DNA from: an uncultured Planctomycetaceae bacterium
GTDB lineage: Bacteria; Planctomycetota; Phycisphaerae; SM23-33
Length of the DNA: 51,875 nt
Direction: 5' to 3'
Assembly (NCBI GenBank): GCA_964392945.1
Contig: CAYMSH010000001.1
Location: 1 to 51,875, forward strand
Part shown: positions 44,429-51,875 of the stretch, one piece after another
How positions within the stretch are numbered: position 1 is the stretch's first letter
How the letters are laid out: every line of letters starts with the position of its first letter
Program-made: the position numbers and the translations under genes
Notes under the pieces: model-generated
What the model saw: only the letters and a program-made list of their open reading frames with translations
The model's database searches: none
What the model was told of the DNA's origin: nothing

Positions 44429-46215
44429 AGTTTCGCCCCCGACAGATCGATCTCGTAGCTGTCCCAGTTCTTATCGACCCTGGCTGCGATTTCCGGGTCG
44501 AACTCCACCGGCTTGCGGTATCCTTCCTTCCACCTTGCGTCGATGGCGATCGGCGTTTCGAGGATCATGCGATTGCCCTGGATCTTTCGCCCGGCCGGGT
44601 GGAGGTCCGCCAGCGGATCGAAACGCGTGAACCAGCCCCAGAGCACCATGCGAAGATCGTCGAGCGGAACGTCGTCGGAGACCATGACCTGGAAGATGTA
44701 ATCCTTCGTCGCCGGATGCTGCGACAGAGCCGATCGAACCGCTTCTTTGTTTGCGTCCCGCTCGAGTTGGACTGCGAGAATCGCCGGACCGATGCGCACC
44801 GCGCCGGACACGCCTTTGCATATCTCCGGTCCTTTCGGCGGATCGGGCGGCGGGTCTTTGCGGATCGGGCCGCTGGTGCGCTCAGTGGCCAGGAGGATCA
44901 GGCGGCTTCCGGTGTTCATCGACGGGCCGGTGAAGTCCAGCGTGTCCTGGGCTGTCGGCGCCATCAAGTGGAGTCCGTCGGCCGTGTCGAGATGCCGCCA
45001 GATCGCGCGGCTGACTTCCGCAAAGTCGCGCACGTTTACATTCTGGTCGACGGCGATCATCACCTTCGTGAGCGAAAGCTGCCCCTCGCCGAGCAGGCCC
45101 ATGGCGTGCTTGAGCCCTTCGCGGCGGTAGCGATGCTTGACTGCGGCCACCGCCAGCGGATGGAAGCCGGTTTCCGGATAGGCCCAGATATCGCTGACGC
45201 CGGGCTTGACGAGTTTCAGCAGCGGAAGCGTAAACCGCGTGATCGCCTCGCCGATGAAGTAGTCCTCCTGCGGCGGCTTGCCTACTACAGTGGCGGGGTA
45301 TATCGCATCCTTACGAGCCAGCATTCGATCGACCCGGAAGACCGGGAACCCGGCGCTGTGTGAGTAGTGGCCTAGGTGATCGCCGAACGGACCTTCGGTT
45401 TGCATGTCGCCGGCGCTTACCGAACCTTCGATAACGAATTCGGCCTGGGCCGGTATCCTGTGGCCCGTGGCGCTGCGTGGTATCACATCCAGAGGCTTGC
45501 CCAGCAGCATCGCGGCCAGCATGCGTTCGTCGATGCCTTCGGGCAGCGGGGTTATCGCCGCGATCGTAAGGGCCGGCGGTCCGCCGAGAAATACGCTTAC
45601 ATTGAGTTTCTTCCCGAGTTCACAGGCTCGTGCGAAGTGGAATCCGCCGCCTTTTTCGATCTGCCAGTGCATGCCTGTCGAGGCCGCGTCGAATCGCTGG
45701 AGGCGGTATATGCCCAGATTCCCGACGCCTGTTTCGCAGTCGGTTGTGTGGATCAGCGGCAGGGTGAAGAACTCACCGCCGTCAAGGGGCCAGCACTTGA
45801 GAACCGGCAGCCGGTCCAGTTGCGGCGGGTCGAAACACTCGTCCATGATCGGCCCGCGCGATACGTTTCGCATGCGGGCCTTCAGCACGCGCCGGATGTT
45901 GCCGCGTTGGGACCAGAGCGCCGACAAGCTAGGCGGTGTGAGATTCTCGGCCAGTTCGCTGAAGATCTGGCCCATGGCGGCCGGGTCGCCGCCGAAGATC
46001 ATTCGGACCCGATCTTCGGTTCCGAACAGGTTGCTGGCCAGGCGGTAGGGCGAGCCCTTGACGTTTTCAAACAGCAGCGCCGGACCGCCAGCGGCCAGGA
46101 CGCGATGCTGTATTATCGTGATCTCCTGGTCGCAGTTGACCTCGGCGGTGATTCTCGCCAGTTGGCCCTGGGCTTCCAGGTGCGACAGGAATGATCTTAG
46201 ATCGGCAAAACTCAC
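44425..46215 (-). CDS. ubiD: UbiD-family (prenyl-FMN-dependent) decarboxylase, menaquinone-pathway type
   Basis: The start is GTG 46215, with GGAG 9 nt upstream and a GTGA overlap with the ubiX stop. The sequence is VSFADLRSFLSHLEAQGQLARITAEVNCDQEITIIQHRV...LLFENVKGS...NLFG...GIYRLQ...EGPFGDHLGYY. The Arg-rich N-terminal extension in the ORF track is rejected. Confidence 0.9.
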   Translation of the reverse strand: MSFADLRSFLSHLEAQGQLARITAEVNCDQEITIIQHRVLAAGGPALLFENVKGSPYRLASNLFGTEDRVRMIFGGDPAAMGQIFSELAENLTPPSLSALWSQRGNIRRVLKARMRNVSRGPIMDECFDPPQLDRLPVLKCWPLDGGEFFTLPLIHTTDCETGVGNLGIYRLQRFDAASTGMHWQIEKGGGFHFARACELGKKLNVSVFLGGPPALTIAAITPLPEGIDERMLAAMLLGKPLDVIPRSATGHRIPAQAEFVIEGSVSAGDMQTEGPFGDHLGHYSHSAGFPVFRVDRMLARKDAIYPATVVGKPPQEDYFIGEAITRFTLPLLKLVKPGVSDIWAYPETGFHPLAVAAVKHRYRREGLKHAMGLLGEGQLSLTKVMIAVDQNVNVRDFAEVSRAIWRHLDTADGLHLMAPTAQDTLDFTGPSMNTGSRLILLATERTSGPIRKDPPPDPPKGPEICKGVSGAVRIGPAILAVQLERDANKEAVRSALSQHPATKDYIFQVMVSDDVPLDDLRMVLWGWFTRFDPLADLHPAGRKIQGNRMILETPIAIDARWKEGYRKPVEFDPEIAARVDKNWDSYEIDLSGAKL

Positions 46216-46772
46216 CTGACGTTCTCCCAGTTCTTTTCGGCGGGGCGGCCGAATACAGCAAGCACGCGATCCACGAAATCGTCCAGCAGCGTAGCCAGCG
46301 TGACTGATTCGGGCGGGTGATCCGAGGTCATGTAAAATGGGGGCGATATCGGCATGATCACGCCGCCTGCGGCGCTTACGGTGCGTGCGGCGTCCAGGTC
46401 GATCAGCGTCCAGGGCGACTCGCGAATGCAGAGCACCAGCTTGCGGGACTCCTTCAGGTGACAGTGCGCCGCACGGGTGATCAGCGTGTCGCCGATGCCG
46501 GAAGCGATCTTGCCGGTTGTGCTCGTCGAGCAGGGAAGGATCACCATGCCGGTTGTAGGCGTGGAGCCCGAGGCGATCGGGGCCGACAGATCCGCGTCGT
46601 CGTAGACAGCCGCGGCTTGAGAGGTCAACTCTTCGATCGGCCCGCACTCGCGTTTGTAGACCTCTCGCCCCCAGGACGAGACGATCAGCGAAACGCCCCA
46701 GGGCGACTTGTCGATAAGCCGCCTGGCCGCGTAGGCTCCAGTCGCGCCGGTTACCGCCATCACAAGATTCAT
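46212..46772 (-). CDS. ubiX: Flavin prenyltransferase UbiX
   Basis: The start is ATG 46772 (ATGA overlap with the upstream stop). The sequence MNLVMAVTGATGAYAARRLID...MVILPCSTSTTGKIASGIGDTLITRAA...RKLVL..RE.P carries the UbiX/Pad1 signature. Confidence 0.9.
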   Translation of the reverse strand: MNLVMAVTGATGAYAARRLIDKSPWGVSLIVSSWGREVYKRECGPIEELTSQAAAVYDDADLSAPIASGSTPTTGMVILPCSTSTTGKIASGIGDTLITRAAHCHLKESRKLVLCIRESPWTLIDLDAARTVSAAGGVIMPISPPFYMTSDHPPESVTLATLLDDFVDRVLAVFGRPAEKNWENVR

Positions 46773-48217
46773 ATTATTGCTCCCAGTAAAGGTACAAGCG
46801 CTCCAGCGACGCCGGCGATAGCGAAAATCGGAAAAAATCTCACGCTGATCGGAATACGCTGCAGGTATCCGGTGCCAAACGCCAGGATGGAAACCGCCGC
46901 GGCGACTCCCGCGATCAGCCCGCCTCCAAGCGATATCCACAAGCCGAGCAGACATCCGATCGCCGCGACGTGAACAACCGCCGCGACAACTTGTGCGCCA
47001 GGCGAACCCAGAGAGGCCGGGATGCTGTGCACGCCGGTCTTCCTGTCCGATTCGATGTCCATCAGTGCGTACACTATATCGGCGCCGCTGATCCAGAAGA
47101 AGGCGAATAACGCCAGAAGAATAACTTCGGCGCTGAAAGCCAGCGAATCCGACGCGGCGACAAACGCCCCCAGCGGCGCCAGGCCCAGGCACAGGCCGAT
47201 GCCGAAATGGCAGAGACTTGTGAAGCGTTTCAGCAGCGAATACGCCAGCAGCGGGACCGCCGGTATCGCAGACAGCATCAGGCACAGCGGGCCCAGCAGC
47301 CAGCATGCGATCAGGTATGCCGCCAATCCGCCGGCCGCTATCGACCAGGCGCCTGCCAGCGATATCCGCCCGGCGGGCAGTTCGCGATTTGCGGTGCGCT
47401 CGTTCTTCGCGTCCAGATCGCGGTCGAGAATTCGGTTTGCGGCCATGCCCAGGGAGCGTGCGCCAACGCCGGCCAGGGCGATCAATGCCAGCACTTTCCA
47501 TCCGGGCCAGCTTCGGCCCGCGCCCAGATACGCGCCGGAAAACAGCAGCGGAAGGCTGAAGACCGCGTGTTCGATCTTCGTGAAGTTCATCACGCTGGCC
47601 AGTAGGTTCGGCTTCTTCGATGCGTTGAGTCCGGCCACTGCGGCGCGTGCGATTCTCGACGACACTTCGGCGATATTCTTCATGATGTCGGCTTTTCCCG
47701 CGTGGTTGGCCAGATCGCTTACGCCTTTGATCATGCAGCACCGCACGCCGCGCGTGTCGCAGACCTTCGCGATTGCGGCGCCTTCCATGTCGACTACGTC
47801 GGCGTGTGTCGCCAGTGCGGCACGGCGGTCCGGCTGGAAGACCGGCTCGGTAACGCTGGCCAGCCTGGCCACTGGAAGATCGCTCCAAGGTCCTGGGTCG
47901 CACAGCTTTTCGCCGCCGGGTCCGCCCGCGAGTATCGAATCGCCGTCGATAGCCCCGACAATGCGGTAGACTTCGCCGACTGGCGCGGCGCTGCTGAGCG
48001 CCCCGCATATCCCGAGATTCAGAACCATGTCAGGCCCGTAGGCGTCGATCAAATGTTCGCTCGCCAGCGTAGCGTTTTCCGGTCCCATCCCGCTGAGCAC
48101 GATCACTCCGCCGTCAAATCCGAACGTCGCAAACGGAGCGTCGCAGAGTTTGTCAGCTCCGAGCAGGGCGATCAGTTCGTCGGCCTCGCCTGGTGTGGCT
48201 GCTATGATGCCGATCAT
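46769..48217 (-). CDS. mqnB/mqnP: Fusion of MqnB-like futalosine/aminofutalosine nucleosidase (PNP/UDP family) with a UbiA-family polyprenyltransferase (MqnP-like)
   Basis: Residues 1 to about 200 (MIGIIAATPGEADEL...LSGMGPENA...LNLGICGAL...VVDMEGAAIA) form a nucleosidase fold. From about 205 onward (FTKIEHAVFSLPLLFSGAYL ... NRILDRDLDAKNERTANRELPAG ... YALMDIESDRKTGVHSIP) there is a multi-TM UbiA prenyltransferase with both Asp-rich motifs. It is one frame with no stop; the junction is at about 47600-47632. Confidence 0.85.
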   Translation of the reverse strand: MIGIIAATPGEADELIALLGADKLCDAPFATFGFDGGVIVLSGMGPENATLASEHLIDAYGPDMVLNLGICGALSSAAPVGEVYRIVGAIDGDSILAGGPGGEKLCDPGPWSDLPVARLASVTEPVFQPDRRAALATHADVVDMEGAAIAKVCDTRGVRCCMIKGVSDLANHAGKADIMKNIAEVSSRIARAAVAGLNASKKPNLLASVMNFTKIEHAVFSLPLLFSGAYLGAGRSWPGWKVLALIALAGVGARSLGMAANRILDRDLDAKNERTANRELPAGRISLAGAWSIAAGGLAAYLIACWLLGPLCLMLSAIPAVPLLAYSLLKRFTSLCHFGIGLCLGLAPLGAFVAASDSLAFSAEVILLALFAFFWISGADIVYALMDIESDRKTGVHSIPASLGSPGAQVVAAVVHVAAIGCLLGLWISLGGGLIAGVAAAVSILAFGTGYLQRIPISVRFFPIFAIAGVAGALVPLLGAII

Positions 48218-49017
48218 CTGATAATCCCCGCGGCCAGGGCGCGATTACGCATTTCCTGGACTGCGGCGTGACCTTCGTCGCCCATGTCCAGACTGTAATC
48301 GTTTACGAATGTTTTGATGTGTTCGGCGAGCACGTCGCTGTCCATCTCGGCCGCATGCTTCAAAACATATTCGCGCGTTGCGTCGGGGTTGGCCATCGAG
48401 TTTTCGATCGCTCGCCTGAGCAGAGCTTCGAAGTCGGCGATCGTTTTCTCGCCGAGCGACTTGCGGGCCACTATCCCGCCAAGCGGGATCGGCAGTTGTG
48501 TCTGTGCCTGCCACCAGGCCCCGAGATCGGCGATCATCTGCAGTCCGGCCTGCTGGTATACGAATCGTCCCTCGTGTATTATCACACCGGCGTCGACTTG
48601 TCCGCTGGCGATCATCTCCATGACATTGTCGTATCTCACGAACAGTTTGTCTGTTATTCGCGGCTCCCAGAGCTCCAGCAGCAGGTGTGCTGTCGTCAGC
48701 TTGCCCGGCACGGCGATCTTCGCTGCGGCGATATCGCTTGTGTTGATGTCGCCTCGCGAGACCAGCACCGGCCCGCAGCCGAACCCCAGCGCCGCTCCAA
48801 CGCTCAGCAGTTTGTACTGCTGGCGGACCAGCAGATACGTGTGGAACGATACTTTCGTCACGTCGAACGTGCCGTTCAGGGCCATTCGGTTAAGCGTCTC
48901 GACGTCGTGAAGCTGCACCTCGATCCGCCGATCGGGCAGGGTCAGTTCGCCCGAGGCCAGATCGTGGAACATGAACGTATCGTTCGGGCACGGTGAGCAT
49001 GCTGCTGTGAGTTTCAA
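48214..49017 (-). CDS. mqnD: 1,4-dihydroxy-6-naphthoate synthase MqnD
   Basis: CSPCPNDTFMFHDL...FDVTKVSFH...LGFGCGPVLV is the MqnD signature as I recall it. Its stop overlaps the next start (ATGA). Confidence 0.9.
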   Translation of the reverse strand: MKLTAACSPCPNDTFMFHDLASGELTLPDRRIEVQLHDVETLNRMALNGTFDVTKVSFHTYLLVRQQYKLLSVGAALGFGCGPVLVSRGDINTSDIAAAKIAVPGKLTTAHLLLELWEPRITDKLFVRYDNVMEMIASGQVDAGVIIHEGRFVYQQAGLQMIADLGAWWQAQTQLPIPLGGIVARKSLGEKTIADFEALLRRAIENSMANPDATREYVLKHAAEMDSDVLAEHIKTFVNDYSLDMGDEGHAAVQEMRNRALAAGIIR

Positions 49018-49083
49018 TTCTGTACTCCTGGAGTCGCAACGATACTACCGCAAACCGGCTTGGAGTACCAAATCAAACTCGCC

Positions 49084-49686
49084 TCAATTGCAGTCACGCC
49101 CAGTCGAGAGTTGTTCGGCGTCGCGGGCGACGAACTCGGCGGTTAGGCGGGCCAGGGTTCTGTAGAACTCCGTTTCGGCGTGTTGGCGCACGCTGTCGGC
49201 GAACCCCGCAATCCAGGCGCCGAGGTGCAGGCCCAGGAATTTCTTTTGCGTCTTTCGATAGTCGTCGGCCGCATCGCGATCGCCCGCGCCTGCGGCGTTC
49301 GACTCCTTTGCGATCAGGACGCACATAAACTCCAACTCTGCGGTGATGTGGTCGGCCACATCGCGACTGGTGGCCTCCACTTCCTCCCGGCGATAGAAGT
49401 CTTCGACATCCATCGTCGAATTCCCCATCAAGATGCCGTCCTCCAGCCAGACCGATCCGTAAGGCGGCGCCAGGAGTTTGTACGGTCCGATGAAGAGCCT
49501 TGCGTGATCAACCAGCAGTTCGGCCAGATTGGCCCCGGCCGCGGCGCGGGCGATCTGCTCCAGCCCGGCGCCGGCTCCGCCGGGCTCGCCCAGCGTATCC
49601 AGCAGCTCCTGGTCGGGGCCGTAGTAACACTGGGCGAGTATCTGGTATGCGTCGGCCCGCAGGTTTGTCTGCTTGAGCAGATCCAT
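49084..49686 (-). CDS. TorD/DmsD/NarJ-family redox-enzyme maturation chaperone
   Basis: YQILAQCYYGP...HARLFIGPYKLLAPPYGSVWLE...ADHITAELEFM is the TorD-like family pattern. Its start overlaps the oxidoreductase stop by 1 nt (TGATG). Confidence 0.8.
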   Translation of the reverse strand: MDLLKQTNLRADAYQILAQCYYGPDQELLDTLGEPGGAGAGLEQIARAAAGANLAELLVDHARLFIGPYKLLAPPYGSVWLEDGILMGNSTMDVEDFYRREEVEATSRDVADHITAELEFMCVLIAKESNAAGAGDRDAADDYRKTQKKFLGLHLGAWIAGFADSVRQHAETEFYRTLARLTAEFVARDAEQLSTGRDCN

Positions 49687-51875
49687 CAGGCTTTCTCCAC
49701 CTTGATCCTGGTCACACCGTAGAACGCCGTCGATCCGCTAAGGCGATCGTAGTCGGCCGGTATGATGTCGTTGTTGTTGCCGCCGAGGGGCTTCTTGCCG
49801 AATTCCTTGGCCGCCACGCTGCCGTAGGCCCAGTGGCCTTGTCCGTAACATTTGGCCACAGTGCCCGGTCGAACGCCTTCCCACATCTTGGCGGTGCACT
49901 CGATCTTGCCGGTCTTGGAGATCAGCCTGATCCGATCGCCATCGGTAATGCCCAGCGCTTTGGCGTCGATGGGGTTGAGTTTCGCCACGTCGTCCCACGA
50001 GTTGTCGCCGGGGTCGAGATCCTTGAACTCCTGGTACCACGGACAGTTTGCGGTCCGTCCTTCGCGGTTGATCCGGGACTTGTAGTCCACGTGTACGAAC
50101 GGATATTCCTTTTCGTCGCCCCATTGCAGCGGTTCTTCGTAGTGCGGTACAAACGCTTGTTCACCCTTGGCGGTGTAGTTGCACGTGGTCATGATGTCAT
50201 CGACGTTTGTCTCGTGCTTTTCGGCGTGGGCGGTCAGTGCGGCTTTCAGGGTCTCGCTGTAGAACTCGAACTTGTGGGTTTTGGTCTTCATCTTGCCCCA
50301 GCGAGCGCGGTAGGGGTATGGTTTTGAGTTCCAGACGCCAGCCTTGCTGAATGCGTCCCAGCCATCGAAATGGTCTCCGCCCTGGTACTTGGCCGGATCC
50401 CAGAGACTGTGCGTGGCGTACTTCAGCGCGTACAGTGCGAACTCCTTCTCGTTGGTCGGCGCCTTTCCGGTTTCCGGATCCTTGTAGGTCTTGTAGTGGT
50501 CCAGGAGATTGCTGAAGCCTTTCTCGGCCAGCTTCTCGGCCAGGGCCCAGGGGAACTCGCTCTCGTCGACCTTGGTGTCCCAGAGCGGCTCGATCGACGG
50601 TTGGAGCAGCGTCACGTGCCGATACCCGTTGGCGTGGGACTTCACGTAACCCCATTTCTCGAACATGTGGTGCGTCGACGGCAGCACGATGTCGACAAAG
50701 TGCGTAAGCTCCGATGCGTGGGTAGTCACGTGCACCGAGAACGGAATCTTGGCCATCGCCCGTTCCCATCGCTCGGTCTGCGGACACGAGAACGCGAAGT
50801 TGTTCATGTAACATATCGCCAGCTTGATGTCGTACGGATCTTCGCTGATGATTCCGTCTGCGGCGTTGTTGGTCACCACGGCGCTTCCGGGCTTGCCCTT
50901 CTTAAGGGCCGGAAAGCCCTTCGTGCCTCGCTGGTCGATCTTCTTGTTACCCTTGCCGGCCTTGGCGGTTTCATCCATAAAATCGTCGGGCGCCGGGAAC
51001 GTGCCGGTGTACTCCTTGTTGGCCTTTAACGGTCCGCCGACGTTGTCGACTGATCCGACCAGGCCGTTGAGGGCGTGGGCGGCCATAGCTGTGTATCCGC
51101 CTCTGACCTGCATCGCCGGGCCGCCGCCGACCCAGCACATGGCGTTCGGCGCGGCTTTGGCGAATCCTATGGCGACTTTGCGTATCTGGTCGGCGTCAAG
51201 GCCCGTTCTTTCGGCGGCCCATTCGGCGGTCTTGTCCTTCAGCTCGATGTTCCACCACTTGACTACGCCGTTTGTGTGCACTTCTTCGAAGTCGTCTTCG
51301 GCGACGTCCTGCCCGACGACAAACTCCTTGTTCTCGGCGGTTTCCTTGAAGTCGCCGACAAACTCCCTGCTCCACAGTCCGGCGGCCAGGATCTCGTGGG
51401 CCAGGGCCACCGCCAGGGCGCCGTCCTGCCCCGGGATGATCGGCATCCAGACGTCGGCTTTCGCCGCAGTCGCCGACAGCCGCGGATCGATCGCCACTGT
51501 CGTCGAGTGATTGATCGCGTCGCCCCATTCGCTGAGGTAGTACGACACCTGTCGATTGGCGCTCAGCGGATCGGCGCCCCAAAGCAGCATGTATCGCGTG
51601 TTTTTGACGTCGTATTGACGATAACCCCACACGCCTTCGGTGAAGAACGGGCCGAACTTTTCGGCCTCAGCGCATATCGCGCTGTGGGAGATGTTGTTCG
51701 GAGAGCCGATGATCTTCGTCATGCGATCGTAGATTATGTCGCGCATGTACGTGTACCGGCCGCGCATGAGCATGTACTTGTGAGTCTCTTTTGCTTTGCG
51801 CAGCTCGAGGATCTTATCGGCGATAGTCCCGAGAGCCTCATCCCATGAAATGGGCACGAACTTCGGGTCCTGGTC
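49686..51875 (-). CDS. Molybdopterin (bis-MGD) oxidoreductase catalytic subunit, DMSO-reductase superfamily (Psr/Phs/Ttr-like), 5' end outside window
   Basis: The frame is open to the window edge (DQDPKFVPISWDEALGTIADKILELR...). Motifs: SHSAICAEA, LLWGADPL, VAIDPRLS.TA.KAD.W.PI.PG.D.A, and a C-terminal beta-barrel (GDRIRL.S..G.I...A......RPG.V). Confidence 0.9.
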   Translation of the reverse strand, partial: DQDPKFVPISWDEALGTIADKILELRKAKETHKYMLMRGRYTYMRDIIYDRMTKIIGSPNNISHSAICAEAEKFGPFFTEGVWGYRQYDVKNTRYMLLWGADPLSANRQVSYYLSEWGDAINHSTTVAIDPRLSATAAKADVWMPIIPGQDGALAVALAHEILAAGLWSREFVGDFKETAENKEFVVGQDVAEDDFEEVHTNGVVKWWNIELKDKTAEWAAERTGLDADQIRKVAIGFAKAAPNAMCWVGGGPAMQVRGGYTAMAAHALNGLVGSVDNVGGPLKANKEYTGTFPAPDDFMDETAKAGKGNKKIDQRGTKGFPALKKGKPGSAVVTNNAADGIISEDPYDIKLAICYMNNFAFSCPQTERWERAMAKIPFSVHVTTHASELTHFVDIVLPSTHHMFEKWGYVKSHANGYRHVTLLQPSIEPLWDTKVDESEFPWALAEKLAEKGFSNLLDHYKTYKDPETGKAPTNEKEFALYALKYATHSLWDPAKYQGGDHFDGWDAFSKAGVWNSKPYPYRARWGKMKTKTHKFEFYSETLKAALTAHAEKHETNVDDIMTTCNYTAKGEQAFVPHYEEPLQWGDEKEYPFVHVDYKSRINREGRTANCPWYQEFKDLDPGDNSWDDVAKLNPIDAKALGITDGDRIRLISKTGKIECTAKMWEGVRPGTVAKCYGQGHWAYGSVAAKEFGKKPLGGNNNDIIPADYDRLSGSTAFYGVTRIKVEKA

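Noticed and set aside
1-51875. Window-wide look for CRISPR arrays, IS elements/transposases, rRNA genes, prophage or classical defence systems.
   Set aside because: By eye there are no regularly spaced direct repeats, no transposase/integrase/recombinase-like ORFs and no rRNA-like sequence. The only toxin-antitoxin-type element is hicBA. This is a by-eye scan, so short or degenerate repeats could have been missed.

Overview
High-GC, gene-dense (~90% coding) chromosomal window, by inference from a Planctomycetota-like genome (possibly Phycisphaerae). The cues are several prepilin-type pseudopilin genes, a sulfatase, many secreted glycan-active proteins and LptF/G permeases. All family calls come from motif and sequence recall plus reading both strands; no search or HMM was run. 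I support about 45 CDS, one tRNA-Gln(CTG), two clear intrinsic terminators and a few weak promoter candidates. I found no rRNA, CRISPR array, transposase or integrase. Contents in order: (1) 1-16 kb holds housekeeping and secreted proteins: PilZ, C69 dipeptidase, an orphan CpaB-like protein, cyclophilin, a 1141-aa HExxH/LamG protein, DUF1810, AsnA and pilin-like paralog 1. (2) 16-25.5 kb holds tRNA-Gln, a cold-shock protein, a parvulin, a GGQ release-factor-like protein, a TPR protein, a 2-hydroxyacid dehydrogenase, two LptF/G permeases and RsmE. (3) 25.7-28.2 kb is a compact three-gene unit: pilin-like paralog 2, a radical SAM/SPASM-like enzyme and a signal-anchored O-methyltransferase. (4) 28.9-39.4 kb is a glycan-degradation neighbourhood with a sulfatase-GH16-propeller/di-heme operon and a split Tm-1-like pair. 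(5) 39.4-40.8 kb holds a third pseudopilin and a hicBA cassette in which hicA looks frameshifted. (6) 40.8-49.0 kb is the most striking region. It is a complete futalosine-route menaquinone pathway in seven minus-strand genes joined by 4-nt stop/start overlaps. It includes two apparent gene fusions, MqnE~MqnC and MqnB~MqnP, and sits 66 nt downstream of a TorD-like chaperone and a molybdopterin oxidoreductase that runs off the window. The best candidates for something undescribed are the two mqn fusions and the pilin-like + radical SAM + methyltransferase operon. Both are hypotheses that need database and neighbourhood checks.
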